Source: Candidatus Anderseniibacteriota bacterium (lineage in GTDB: Bacteria; Patescibacteriota; Andersenbacteria; UBA10190). Taken from it: DNA of 64,000 bases. The notes beneath the pieces are model-generated. The model was not told the DNA's origin. It ran no database searches and saw nothing but the letters and a program-made list of their open reading frames with translations. The stretch lies in the NCBI GenBank assembly GCA_021414205.1, contig JAIOOW010000002.1, positions 215,062-279,061 of the forward strand. The letters are read 5' to 3'. The stretch's first letter is position 1, and every line of letters begins with the position of its first letter. The position numbers and the translations under genes are program-made. Positions 38,944-49,011 of this stretch are shown piece after piece.

Positions 38944-40042
38944 CAGCATTTATTTTGTAACCCCGGAACCGATAAAAAACATGGGGAATTTAAGGAAGTA
39001 CCTGATAGAAAACACACAACACTTTACCACGTTTCACTTTCCCAATGGCTATTCGAATGCTCAGAGCCACCTAGAGCAGTATGTTAATGGGGAAAATACT
39101 ATTGTAACGAGCCTCCCTAAAATACCTGTCAATAATAAGCTTATAAAGTTACTTTCACACTATATCTATTTCCTAACCATACTCTTGTTCACCGTTAAAA
39201 GCGGCAGCATTGTAATTGTAGACAATCCAATATTCTGCATATTTTATAGCGTATTTTCTTACATCAAAAATCTGCATTTTATCCTTATTATTGGAGACCA
39301 CTATATCGAGAAGAACGGCTTTATGAAGATCTATCACATGTTACTGAATTTTTATAATAGGCACCTTCCATACGTCATATACTTAAGCCCTCCTATTCAG
39401 GCAATATATAGTCCGCTGCGCACAAGCAGTTTTCATCGCAGCCAATTGTCGCTAGGAATCGCAGACTTATGCATCGCAAATCGTCAAGACGTACTGGAAG
39501 AAAAGCTCCATATAGGTTTTATGGGGAGCATTCGACACGGACAAGGACTTCAAACATTACTTAGATATGTCCATCAAACAACAACCCCACTTCATCTAGA
39601 TATTATAGGAGATGGGTATGAATTAAATTTCTATAAGGATCTAGTACAGGATCTTAATATCGAGGATAAAGTAACATTTTATGGGTTTGCGCCCAATCGC
39701 GAAGAAATTGCTTCCAAGTGGCATATTGCATTTGCACTGTATGATTATGATCCGAGCAACGTATCATTGTATTGCGAGCCAACAAAAATTAAGGACTATT
39801 TGTCATATGGCCTGCCAGTCATTACTACAAAAACAACCTATTTTCATAAAGAAATTGCCTCATTCAGGGCAGGAGAAATCGTAGAAGAAAATTCTCAGGA
39901 TATTGATCGCGCAGTCGCTTCAATCGTAAACGCGTATTCGTCCTATAAACAAGGAGTACAAAATATAATTAACGCATACGAGTACCGTTCACATTACGAC
40001 AAGCAATTAGCATTTTTACAAATATATGAGCATACGGCATAG
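38930..40042 (+). CDS. GT4-like glycosyltransferase
   Basis: FMGSIRHGQGL, IIGDG, PTKIKDYLSYGLPVI. Confidence 0.85.
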   Translation: MAKYNSIYFVTPEPIKNMGNLRKYLIENTQHFTTFHFPNGYSNAQSHLEQYVNGENTIVTSLPKIPVNNKLIKLLSHYIYFLTILLFTVKSGSIVIVDNPIFCIFYSVFSYIKNLHFILIIGDHYIEKNGFMKIYHMLLNFYNRHLPYVIYLSPPIQAIYSPLRTSSFHRSQLSLGIADLCIANRQDVLEEKLHIGFMGSIRHGQGLQTLLRYVHQTTTPLHLDIIGDGYELNFYKDLVQDLNIEDKVTFYGFAPNREEIASKWHIAFALYDYDPSNVSLYCEPTKIKDYLSYGLPVITTKTTYFHKEIASFRAGEIVEENSQDIDRAVASIVNAYSSYKQGVQNIINAYEYRSHYDKQLAFLQIYEHTA

Positions 40043-40760
40043 TTGGGCAGTTACGGTTCCAATGGCAAACGAAGAGAAAGATTTTCAGCACTTTGCCGAG
40101 GAAGTTACAAAGGTTCTTGACGATATTGGTTCTGGAACAGTCTACCATGTTATCAATAATTTTTCGCATGACCGAACATATGAACTTTCACAAGAATTAT
40201 CTTTAAAGGATTCGCGCTTCATAACAATATTCGCTCCGGAAAATCGCCACTTACCGGATGCGTACATAAGCGGTCTTCGTGCCGCATTCGATGCAGGAAA
40301 TAAATACATTATCGAAATGGATGCCGGACTATCGCACGATCCTCATCAGCTTCCCGACTTCCTTAGGGCGCTCGAAGCCGGGCACCAGTGCGTGTTTGGC
40401 AGCAGAATGGTTCCAGGAGGATCAATTACGCATTCACCAATCAATCGCAGACTTCTTTCTCGTGCAGGCACGCTGCTTTCTAATACAATGCTAGGAACAA
40501 AGTTGGCAGACATGACAAGCGGATATCAAGGATTTCATCGAGACGTGGTGGAGAATATCATCAACTATCCGCTACAATCAACAGCTCATTTTTATCAAAC
40601 CGAATTGCGATACCTTCTGCGCAATTATAATACATGCGAAATACCTATTTCGTATCAATCCCCTTCCCCCCGCGTTTCAAAACGAGCAATTCAAAATGCG
40701 TACCAAACATTGCTGCACTATTTCTTTCTGCGGCTATCTGGTCGAGCAAAGGAGCTGTAA
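40026..40760 (+). CDS. Polyprenol-phosphate mannose synthase-like GT2 (DPM1/Ppm1 type)
   Basis: VPMANEE, EMDAGLSHDP, GSRMVPGG, DMTSGYQGF, FYQTE. Confidence 0.82.
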   Translation: MSIRHSWAVTVPMANEEKDFQHFAEEVTKVLDDIGSGTVYHVINNFSHDRTYELSQELSLKDSRFITIFAPENRHLPDAYISGLRAAFDAGNKYIIEMDAGLSHDPHQLPDFLRALEAGHQCVFGSRMVPGGSITHSPINRRLLSRAGTLLSNTMLGTKLADMTSGYQGFHRDVVENIINYPLQSTAHFYQTELRYLLRNYNTCEIPISYQSPSPRVSKRAIQNAYQTLLHYFFLRLSGRAKEL

Positions 40761-43045
40761 CATGCAATCGAGATTATCAGTATTGTTATAAAAAGACCGA
40801 TAAAAAACCCGGGCGCCTTATACTGAAATACGATATCGTAACTACCCTCCGATATATCTATCGCAGGTCGATTCGATTCGATGATTGCAGGCTTGCCATT
40901 TGCCATCCAGCCTTTCGCATAATTTTCATTTAGCACAACGCGCGTAGCAATCGGCGTATCAACATGAACCTTTACCGTATTGTAACTCCAGAAAACTATG
41001 GTTACTTTTGCTCGAGAATCTAGAGCCGAAACGGCGCCCGTATCCCCTTCATCATAAATAGTCCGCACTGCAGACTGCGGGCCGAGCACTGAGCAATACG
41101 CCTCCGTTCCATAGCCTGCAAAATACGCATCTGTCGTTCTTGTCGTTCGAGACCCTTGCCCAGCATCATCATATCGCTCAGGGGTATAGGCAATAGGATA
41201 TGGAGCTGGAGATATTAATGGAATAACATGAGGCAACACGAATGCCTGCTCAGAAATTTGATACGTCAAACTAATCAAGTCTATGGCAATAAAACCGATT
41301 ACGCACACTTGAATAACGTTGCCGTATTTTGGCATAAAATTGCGCAATCGATCCATTCCATAGCTCGCTAAAAGTGCAATCGGAATTACTGCAAACACAA
41401 TCACGCGAGATAAATTAGACCTCGGCAAAAACTTAATATGATCCAGGATCGGCGCCAAAAACGGTCCAAGTGTAGAGAGCGCAATTGCCAATATCGTCGC
41501 AATACTAAGAGCTCGGATAATGCGATTCTGGAAAAAGCGCGCACTGCCAATTAACGCCAATACCAATGCGCCATATCCTATATACGCGCCATACTCGTGC
41601 CACCCACTGCTTTGATTCAAAATTACATACGTATCATGTAAATATCGACCAAAAAATATATCCCCCAGCCATGGGAGCGTGTACGAGGACGGCACATACA
41701 CCCTATCCGTAAATTGCTTCAACCAATATATAACAGGAATTAATTTAAACGACACGAGGCCGAGCCCCCATAATCCCGACTTCAAGGCAGTTAAAAATGC
41801 ATCTTTTTTTCGAGAAGCAAGCAAGGTCAAAACAATAAACGCGATCGTGGTATATATAAGCAAATACACTCCTCCGCCCAAAAATGTAAGTGCTAAAAAT
41901 ATTCCAAGTATTATTGGGCGCATTTTTTTCTGATACACGCAAAGCCAAGCCCAAAATATCCACGGAATCCACATGACGGTAAGAATATTCACATGCCCCT
42001 CGACGTTTTCAATTAAATTAACTCCACCGAATGAAACAATAAGAGCTGCAAGCAGTCCTGCCTCAACAGATCGCCCAAGCTTGCGCGCCAACACGAGCAT
42101 ACCAATCGCACCGACTATAACGGATAGCACCACATCAAGCCGTAACCCCCACGAAGAACCAAATAGTAATACCAATAAAAACGTTGGTGTAAATACTGGA
42201 AATTCCGGATCCCCTAATCCTGCTGTACCCCCGCAAGGATACGGATCCCAGAACGGAAAGGTATGCAATTGCAAAATTGCTTTGCGATACGAATCGTGAA
42301 GAGGTACATACAAATCCCAATCAGCTATTCCCAAGTCTCCGGTTGGAAATAAATACCCCAAATTTCCAAGTGGTGCAAGAAAAACGATACCTACTATAGC
42401 CCCTATCATTTTCTGCTTACTTGTTTTTAAAAGTGAAATTAAGGCAATACCGATCATTGCAATTGCGCCAACAATAACTCCTTGTCGAGCACCAAAGTCT
42501 GTAGGAACACGCCTCATAAACGTCAAAGAAATAATTGCAGACTGTGGCTGTCCATTTATTGACAACTTTTGAGCAGCGGATAGATTTTTATCTCGCTCCA
42601 TCATAAGAAGCGACAATGGATCCCCGTGCAGGAACGAAATGTCGAGCAAATACGCCCCCTCATGACTAACCCTCCACCAACTCGTATCCATCTGAATACG
42701 AGAAACGTTCGCACTTGAAAGATAAGAAACAGTATCGGCATCGCCCCGAGCAACGATACTGCCTTTGGGGTCCGTAATAACTACCCGCACTACCCTCCCT
42801 GATAACGTTGAGGTATTAGAAAATACAGCAACTCCTGAGTACACACCTTCCGTCAAATGAACTTTTTGCTGTAAATGATCACCCGCATGAAGAGAAATTT
42901 CTACTGGCGTATCAAAATATTTCACAATACGAATACGCTCCGTAGACAATGGAACAATATATACAATCAGCACCGCAACAAGAGCAATAGACGTAACTAA
43001 AATAAGTCGTCCAATTCCGGAACCAATAACTTGACGAATACCCAT
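40718..43045 (-). CDS. YfhO-like GT-C membrane protein
   Basis: DWD loop, PFWDPYPCGG, EGH, HEYGAYIG, LNENYAKGW, C-terminal TM. Confidence 0.7.
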   Translation of the reverse strand: MGIRQVIGSGIGRLILVTSIALVAVLIVYIVPLSTERIRIVKYFDTPVEISLHAGDHLQQKVHLTEGVYSGVAVFSNTSTLSGRVVRVVITDPKGSIVARGDADTVSYLSSANVSRIQMDTSWWRVSHEGAYLLDISFLHGDPLSLLMMERDKNLSAAQKLSINGQPQSAIISLTFMRRVPTDFGARQGVIVGAIAMIGIALISLLKTSKQKMIGAIVGIVFLAPLGNLGYLFPTGDLGIADWDLYVPLHDSYRKAILQLHTFPFWDPYPCGGTAGLGDPEFPVFTPTFLLVLLFGSSWGLRLDVVLSVIVGAIGMLVLARKLGRSVEAGLLAALIVSFGGVNLIENVEGHVNILTVMWIPWIFWAWLCVYQKKMRPIILGIFLALTFLGGGVYLLIYTTIAFIVLTLLASRKKDAFLTALKSGLWGLGLVSFKLIPVIYWLKQFTDRVYVPSSYTLPWLGDIFFGRYLHDTYVILNQSSGWHEYGAYIGYGALVLALIGSARFFQNRIIRALSIATILAIALSTLGPFLAPILDHIKFLPRSNLSRVIVFAVIPIALLASYGMDRLRNFMPKYGNVIQVCVIGFIAIDLISLTYQISEQAFVLPHVIPLISPAPYPIAYTPERYDDAGQGSRTTRTTDAYFAGYGTEAYCSVLGPQSAVRTIYDEGDTGAVSALDSRAKVTIVFWSYNTVKVHVDTPIATRVVLNENYAKGWMANGKPAIIESNRPAIDISEGSYDIVFQYKAPGFFIGLFITILIISIACYSSFARPDSRRKK

Positions 43046-43055
43046 ATAGCTTTCT

Positions 43056-44324
43056 TTATACCTCGTTTTCTTTTAAAAACGCTAGCGCATCAGGAATCAT
43101 ATACAACGAACCTGCAATAAGTATACTCCCGTCTGTGCCGACATACTCTAAGCCCAGCTTCACAGCATCAGAAACACTTTCACGCACCTCAACACCATGT
43201 CCTACATCTCGTACTATGCGCGCAATAACATCCGGATCCTCTGGCATGTATGACCCCTTTGTAATAATAACTCGTTTGCATCTCGGCAATATCAAACTCA
43301 ACACATCTGCAATATTTTTCCCCTTTTTCGCGGCATACACGAGAACATCAAACACCGGCATTGTTTCTAGAAAGCTCACAAGTGCCTGCGCACCGTCTCC
43401 GTTATGTGCCCCATCAACTAAAATAAGTGGCTTCTGAGAAACTACCTGTAAGCGCCCCTCCCATACCGTTAAACTAACACCCCTAGAAATGTCTTCTTGA
43501 GACATGCGCAGTCCCGCGCCCATGAGCTCCCCGCACGCAGCAAGCACAACTTCCAAATTCTTAATTTGATGCGCGCCTAAAAGAGGTAGATGAATTCGCA
43601 TTGCAATCTTCTCTCCTGCGACATCTATATCCTGTCCGCTCAAATCTGAGCGCACGACATTCGTTTTCACAATACCTTGCGCTCGAATAACCTGCGTATT
43701 TTTTCGCCCAGCTTCGTCTTCTAATATTTTTACAACACTCGCACCCTCTTCTCGCGTAATAACTGGCACGCTATCTTTTATAATTCCAGCTTTTTCTCGA
43801 GCAATTTCCTCAACCGTATTTCCTAAAAATTCCATGTGATCCAATCCCACGTTCGTAATAATAGATAGCAAAGGGGTGATTACATTTGTTGCATCCAGTC
43901 TTCCACCCATACCGACTTCTATAACAGCAATATCTATATTGCTTCGAGCGAAATACAAAAACGCTAATGCTGTAGTAAATTCAAAAAACGTAGGTTGAAG
44001 ATTATTATGTTCAACTGCAACGCGAATTTCTTGAATCAGACTTATTAAATCACTGTCAGAAATCGCAACGCCAGAAACCTTTATCCTCTCATTAAATGCA
44101 TATAGATGAGGACTGGTATACAGCGCTGTCTTAAAGCCAGATTCTCGTAATATAGATTCCAGCATCGCACACGTACTTCCTTTACCATTCGTTCCAGTAA
44201 TATGGATGCTTTTGAAGGATTTTTCAGGATGCCCCAGAACGTCCATTAGCTCCTTCATAACAGCAAGCCCCGGCTTAATGCCAAATCGCTCCAAATGATA
44301 CAAATACTCCAACTCCTTCTGCAT
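43056..44324 (-). CDS. folC: Folylpolyglutamate synthase / dihydrofolate synthase
   Basis: HITGTNGKGS, YTSPHL, TFFEFTT, EVGMGGRLDATN, EKAGI, DGAHN, GSLYM; start at ATG 44324. Confidence 0.95.
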   Translation of the reverse strand: MQKELEYLYHLERFGIKPGLAVMKELMDVLGHPEKSFKSIHITGTNGKGSTCAMLESILRESGFKTALYTSPHLYAFNERIKVSGVAISDSDLISLIQEIRVAVEHNNLQPTFFEFTTALAFLYFARSNIDIAVIEVGMGGRLDATNVITPLLSIITNVGLDHMEFLGNTVEEIAREKAGIIKDSVPVITREEGASVVKILEDEAGRKNTQVIRAQGIVKTNVVRSDLSGQDIDVAGEKIAMRIHLPLLGAHQIKNLEVVLAACGELMGAGLRMSQEDISRGVSLTVWEGRLQVVSQKPLILVDGAHNGDGAQALVSFLETMPVFDVLVYAAKKGKNIADVLSLILPRCKRVIITKGSYMPEDPDVIARIVRDVGHGVEVRESVSDAVKLGLEYVGTDGSILIAGSLYMIPDALAFLKENEV

Positions 44325-44354
44325 ACGTGCTAGCATACGAAATGAATACGAAAT

Positions 44355-45476
44355 ATGCCAATACCCCCTACATCCCTCAAAGCATGCTTTATAAATCTCA
44401 GAGCGTATCATATATTCGAAGAATCCTCTCAAATTGCAACAGGAGGCGCAGAAATAGCACTTCACGAGCTTGCCCCGCTACTAGGAAAGCATGTCAACAC
44501 GACTATTATTACGGGCGATTTTGGACAAGGCCACCAGATAAAAACTCAGCATATTACCCTGTTATCGTCTTTAAAACTCCGGCGCCAAAACCCATTCACG
44601 CAACTATGGAAATTTTGGAACGCCCTCAAAGAAGCTCGTTCAGATGTCTACATTGAATCAGTGTTTGGAAAAACAGTATTTTTCACGTGGCTTTTTTGCA
44701 GACTATATAGAAAAAAATTTATTTACATAACCGCCTCAGACAGCGAATGCGACGGGAGCGCAATCAAAAGATATCCTATTACCGGCAATTTATTCAAAAT
44801 AGCTCTCGAGCATGCAGATGTTATTGATGTATCCGTAGCTCATCACGAAGACCAGCTGCGGACACACCATCCAAATATTACGTGCCCTATTGCGTACATC
44901 CCCCTCGGAATGCACGCCTATACACCAAGCGCGACAGCTAAAAGAACAACAATTCTATGGGTAGCACGTTGCGAACCATGGAAAAATCCATTTCTTTTCT
45001 TGGAATTGGCAAAGCGCTTTCCGAAAGAACAATTCATTATGATCGCAGCACCATTAGAAAATCAGTTAAGATTATTTAAAGAGGTAAAACAGCAAGCAAA
45101 ACACATAAAAAACATGCGCTTTATCGAGGGCTTGCCCCATAGAAAATTAGATGAGTATTTTTTACATGCAAAAATCACAGTAAATACGTCCGATTTCGAA
45201 GGATATTCCATGGCATTTATGCAAAGCGGCCTTGCGGGTACCCCAATCGCAACCCTCAACTTAAATCCGGATTCAGTTATTACAACGCACGATCTCGGTA
45301 CATGCGCACATGGCGATTTTGAACTTCTCGTACAACAAGTACGAACACTTTTAGAACATCCAGAGGAATTGCGAAAAAAATCAAACAATATAGCTTCTTA
45401 TATGAGGGCTCATTATGATGTTGAGCGAGTGGCCGAGCAGTGGCTGCGCCTATTTGCAGAAATGTTCGCCTCATGA
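44355..45476 (+). CDS. GT4 glycosyltransferase
   Basis: GGAE, WVARCEPWKNP, NTSDFEGY. Confidence 0.88.
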   Translation: MPIPPTSLKACFINLRAYHIFEESSQIATGGAEIALHELAPLLGKHVNTTIITGDFGQGHQIKTQHITLLSSLKLRRQNPFTQLWKFWNALKEARSDVYIESVFGKTVFFTWLFCRLYRKKFIYITASDSECDGSAIKRYPITGNLFKIALEHADVIDVSVAHHEDQLRTHHPNITCPIAYIPLGMHAYTPSATAKRTTILWVARCEPWKNPFLFLELAKRFPKEQFIMIAAPLENQLRLFKEVKQQAKHIKNMRFIEGLPHRKLDEYFLHAKITVNTSDFEGYSMAFMQSGLAGTPIATLNLNPDSVITTHDLGTCAHGDFELLVQQVRTLLEHPEELRKKSNNIASYMRAHYDVERVAEQWLRLFAEMFAS

Positions 45477-45488
45477 AACAATAATTTC

Positions 45489-47183
45489 ATGAACCCAATC
45501 CTTCCCCTTGAAGCGTTTACCCCTCCGTACGACGCCGACTCCTATAATGAAGAACAAAAATGGAACTTATCCCCATTTTTCACAAACCTCACATCGTCCG
45601 TATACGTCCCCCTCATATCCTCTCCTGAAGTTATCGGCGCCTTGTGCTCCAGAACAAGCAGGGCAGCAGACGATTTGCGCTTAATTTTCTTAAAAGAATA
45701 TGTTGAGCCGTTTTTGCAAGACAACCCATCAGATACAGAACAAGCAAAGTATGGCAAAACGTTAAAAGAGTTTATCGATTTTTTACATACCCATCCCACA
45801 GAATCTATTTTCTCGAATCCAAAAGCTCGATCGTTTTATGCAAAATGGCTCGCACAATACGGAGACGATTCTATCGCTCAAATGGCCGGCATGCACGTGG
45901 TGTTTTCCAGCTTGTCGCAGATTGCAATCAAGCAATTCGAAGATCAGCGAATTGGCTTAGCCCCGATTGAAAAGTCTACGCGCTACGTAGATTATTCACA
46001 AAAAGTACATGGCGGATATCGCTACTACACCGACCCAACCTTAAAACAGCTCGGATTAGAAGAAGAGTATACATCAGCAATGAATACGCTATTTGATACG
46101 TATATTGATTTGATTCCGAAATTATCAGCCTATTTAGCGCAACAATTTCCAGATGAAACAAAAAGTGTTGTAGAGAAAAAAGCATTCGACACTGTTCGAG
46201 GATTGCTGCCGATGGCAACATTGTCTCAAGTGGCCTTTTTCGGAAATGGCCAAGCATTTGAATATTTAGTAAGCAGGTCCGCCCGACACAGTTTGGGCGA
46301 AATTCGATGGGCTACAGAGCAAACGTATCAAGAATTATACAAAGTAACACCATCATTTTTGCGTAGAGTAAAAGACCCTGCAAGCCAAGATAAAGTAGAG
46401 GCATATCAAGATTACCTCTCTCAAAAAACTGCACGCATTGCGAAATTTGTTCCAGAAACTCTCACAAAGAACCATGATCACGATACTGCTGTATCGCTTG
46501 TAGAATACGACGTTGATGGCGAAGCGAAAATCATTGCCGGCATGTTATACAATGCAGACAGTAACACTGCCTCTTGGGAAGATACCCTTGCTGCCGTACA
46601 AGCAATGTCAGAGCAAGAGAAGCGGGAAATTCTTGCTGCGTATTTAGGCAATAGAACTCAGCGCTGGCAAAAAGTTGGCCGCGCATTCGAAAACACATAC
46701 CTGCGATATGACATCACGATCGACATTGGCGCATGGAGAGATTTGCATCGCCATCGTATGCTCACTCAGCAGCGCCAGCTCTTTACGGTAGCCCACGGCC
46801 ACGAAACGCCCCAGGAGCTCATCGACGCGGGACTAGATCAACCCTATCGAGATGCGCTACACAAAGCAGCAGCTATCTATAGAAAAATTGCGGAACATGA
46901 CCCGATATTAGCCCAATACGCAGTCCCTATGGCATACAAAGTCCGTTTCATGCAATGGACTAACGTGCGCGAATGCTTTTGGGAAATGGAACTTCGAACT
47001 ATTCCAGAAGGCCACCCTGGATACCGCCATATCGAGCAAGAAAAATTTAGACTATTCGAAAAAGTATATCCGCTTATCGCGCAATACATGCGAGTAAACA
47101 TGGGAGAATACGACTTTGCCCGCCGCGGCCAGGAAGAAAAAATTCAAGAAAAATTAAAAGCGTTAGAAAAACTTTCTGCGTGA
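45489..47183 (+). CDS. thyX: FAD-dependent thymidylate synthase, double-domain form
   Basis: YGDDSIA, EKSTRY, DTVRGLLP, WRDLHRHRM; 564 aa. Confidence 0.92.
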   Translation: MNPILPLEAFTPPYDADSYNEEQKWNLSPFFTNLTSSVYVPLISSPEVIGALCSRTSRAADDLRLIFLKEYVEPFLQDNPSDTEQAKYGKTLKEFIDFLHTHPTESIFSNPKARSFYAKWLAQYGDDSIAQMAGMHVVFSSLSQIAIKQFEDQRIGLAPIEKSTRYVDYSQKVHGGYRYYTDPTLKQLGLEEEYTSAMNTLFDTYIDLIPKLSAYLAQQFPDETKSVVEKKAFDTVRGLLPMATLSQVAFFGNGQAFEYLVSRSARHSLGEIRWATEQTYQELYKVTPSFLRRVKDPASQDKVEAYQDYLSQKTARIAKFVPETLTKNHDHDTAVSLVEYDVDGEAKIIAGMLYNADSNTASWEDTLAAVQAMSEQEKREILAAYLGNRTQRWQKVGRAFENTYLRYDITIDIGAWRDLHRHRMLTQQRQLFTVAHGHETPQELIDAGLDQPYRDALHKAAAIYRKIAEHDPILAQYAVPMAYKVRFMQWTNVRECFWEMELRTIPEGHPGYRHIEQEKFRLFEKVYPLIAQYMRVNMGEYDFARRGQEEKIQEKLKALEKLSA

Positions 47184-47662
47184 TCACTCTTGTCGCCGCA
47201 ATCGATCCGAACAACGTTATTGGCAAAGCCGGCTCCACGCCGTGGCACATTCCGGATGAACTAAAATTATTCAAAGCAATCACGTACGGGCATGCGCTGA
47301 TTGCTGGGCACGTCACGTACAAATCTATCGGTCATGGGCTACCAGGCAGAACGTTATATGTGCTATCTCATAGTAAGCCTACCAAGAATCAAGAAGGTGT
47401 CGTATTTTGTTCGTCTACTACTGACGCATTAGAAAAGACAAAAAACGAACGAACAGTATTTGTTATAGGGGGTGGGTCAGTGTACGATGAATTCATGCCT
47501 CTCGCCCAAGAGATGCGCATCTCGCACCTTCGAACGGAATATTCAGGAGATGTATACTTCCCCGAGATCGATCACACCATCTGGCGAATTCATACAAAAA
47601 CCGAATATCCGCTTTTTACCCATATTCATTATGTACGCAATGAACAACCTTCAAAAAACTGA
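47180..47662 (+). CDS. folA: Dihydrofolate reductase
   Basis: VIGK...PWHIPDE, LPGR, FVIGGGSVY, GDVYFP. Confidence 0.9.
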   Translation: MITLVAAIDPNNVIGKAGSTPWHIPDELKLFKAITYGHALIAGHVTYKSIGHGLPGRTLYVLSHSKPTKNQEGVVFCSSTTDALEKTKNERTVFVIGGGSVYDEFMPLAQEMRISHLRTEYSGDVYFPEIDHTIWRIHTKTEYPLFTHIHYVRNEQPSKN

Positions 47663-49001
47663 TAAGCAAGTATTTCGAATTATTACAAATGAGGAAGCAC
47701 GCCAGCAGGAAACGCTTTCGATGATTCCTTCCGAGAATTGGTTTTCATCGTCCGTTCGCGAAGCTGTCGGGTCCGTCATGTCACACAAATACGCAGAAGG
47801 AAATATTGGGTCAAGATACTATGAAGGCAATCAATATATCGACGAACTAGAACAACTTGCAATAGATCGGGCAAAAAAAGCATTTAATTTGCCAAAAACA
47901 TGGGATGTAAACGTCCAGGCTCTATCCGGAAGCAGCGCAAATTTGGCAGTATACCTAGCGCTCCTCCAACCAGGCGACACTATGCTTGCCATGTACCTGC
48001 CTGACGGCGGGCATTTATCTCACGGATGGTCATTTGAACCGGATGCGAAGAAGCGCGAAAAAGATGTAAAATCCGGCTTGCTCGTATACACAGGTGGAAG
48101 CCGCAAAGTAAACATTACGTCTATTTTATATAATCCCGTTCAATATAAAACAGATCCGAAAACATCCCAATTTGACTACAAAGAAATTGAAAAGATTGCG
48201 CTCAAATATAAGCCGAAGCTCATTATTACTGGAGGCACTGCATATCCAAGAATTATTAATTATAGAAAGATGAAAGCAATCGCCAAGAAAGTTGGCGCAT
48301 TCTATATGGCAGATATTGCGCATGAGGCAGGGTTAGTAGCCGGCGGCGCATTCCCATCCCCAGTCGGCATTGCAGACGTTGTTACTATGACGACCCATAA
48401 AACATTGCGATCTGGCCGCGGCGCAATTATTCTTGCAAAAAAAGAACTCATAGAAAAAATAAACCGAGCAATCTTGCCAGGTTTACAGGGTGGTCCGCAC
48501 AATCACAATATTGCCGGCATTGCAGTTGGGTTGGGCGAGGCTATCAAGCCGACATTTAAAAAATACGCAAAACAAGTAGTTCTAAATGCGCAGGCACTTG
48601 GCAAAGCACTGCAGGCACAAGACTTCAAACTAGTCACAGACGGAACAGACAAGCATTTGCTACTGATCGATTTATCGCACGAACCATTGCTTGGCCGACC
48701 ATTTGCGCGCGTACTCGCACTCGCAGGCATTACCGCAAACTACTCCACGATGCCATGGGATTCCCGCCCGCCTCGCAACCCATCCGCACTTCGACTCGGA
48801 ACGCCAGTTCTAACGACCCGTGGCATGAAAGAAAAAGAAATGGTTAAAATTGCTGAGTGGATCCGCGAAGCAATGCGTACCGCAGAACCGTGGAAGGAGC
48901 TGTCGTTTGAGCAATTAGAGAAAGAAGCTACTAAATCTAAAGACATCAAGCAGATCGCCAAAGAAGTAAAAGAACTTTGCAAAACGTTCCCGTTGGCCTA
49001 A
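47640..49001 (+). CDS. glyA: Serine hydroxymethyltransferase
   Basis: IPSEN, KYAEG, GGHLSHG, ADIAH, TTHKTLRS, PGLQGGP, RLGTP; start about 47640. Confidence 0.96.
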   Translation: MNNLQKTDKQVFRIITNEEARQQETLSMIPSENWFSSSVREAVGSVMSHKYAEGNIGSRYYEGNQYIDELEQLAIDRAKKAFNLPKTWDVNVQALSGSSANLAVYLALLQPGDTMLAMYLPDGGHLSHGWSFEPDAKKREKDVKSGLLVYTGGSRKVNITSILYNPVQYKTDPKTSQFDYKEIEKIALKYKPKLIITGGTAYPRIINYRKMKAIAKKVGAFYMADIAHEAGLVAGGAFPSPVGIADVVTMTTHKTLRSGRGAIILAKKELIEKINRAILPGLQGGPHNHNIAGIAVGLGEAIKPTFKKYAKQVVLNAQALGKALQAQDFKLVTDGTDKHLLLIDLSHEPLLGRPFARVLALAGITANYSTMPWDSRPPRNPSALRLGTPVLTTRGMKEKEMVKIAEWIREAMRTAEPWKELSFEQLEKEATKSKDIKQIAKEVKELCKTFPLA

Positions 49002-49011
49002 TATAGGCGTC

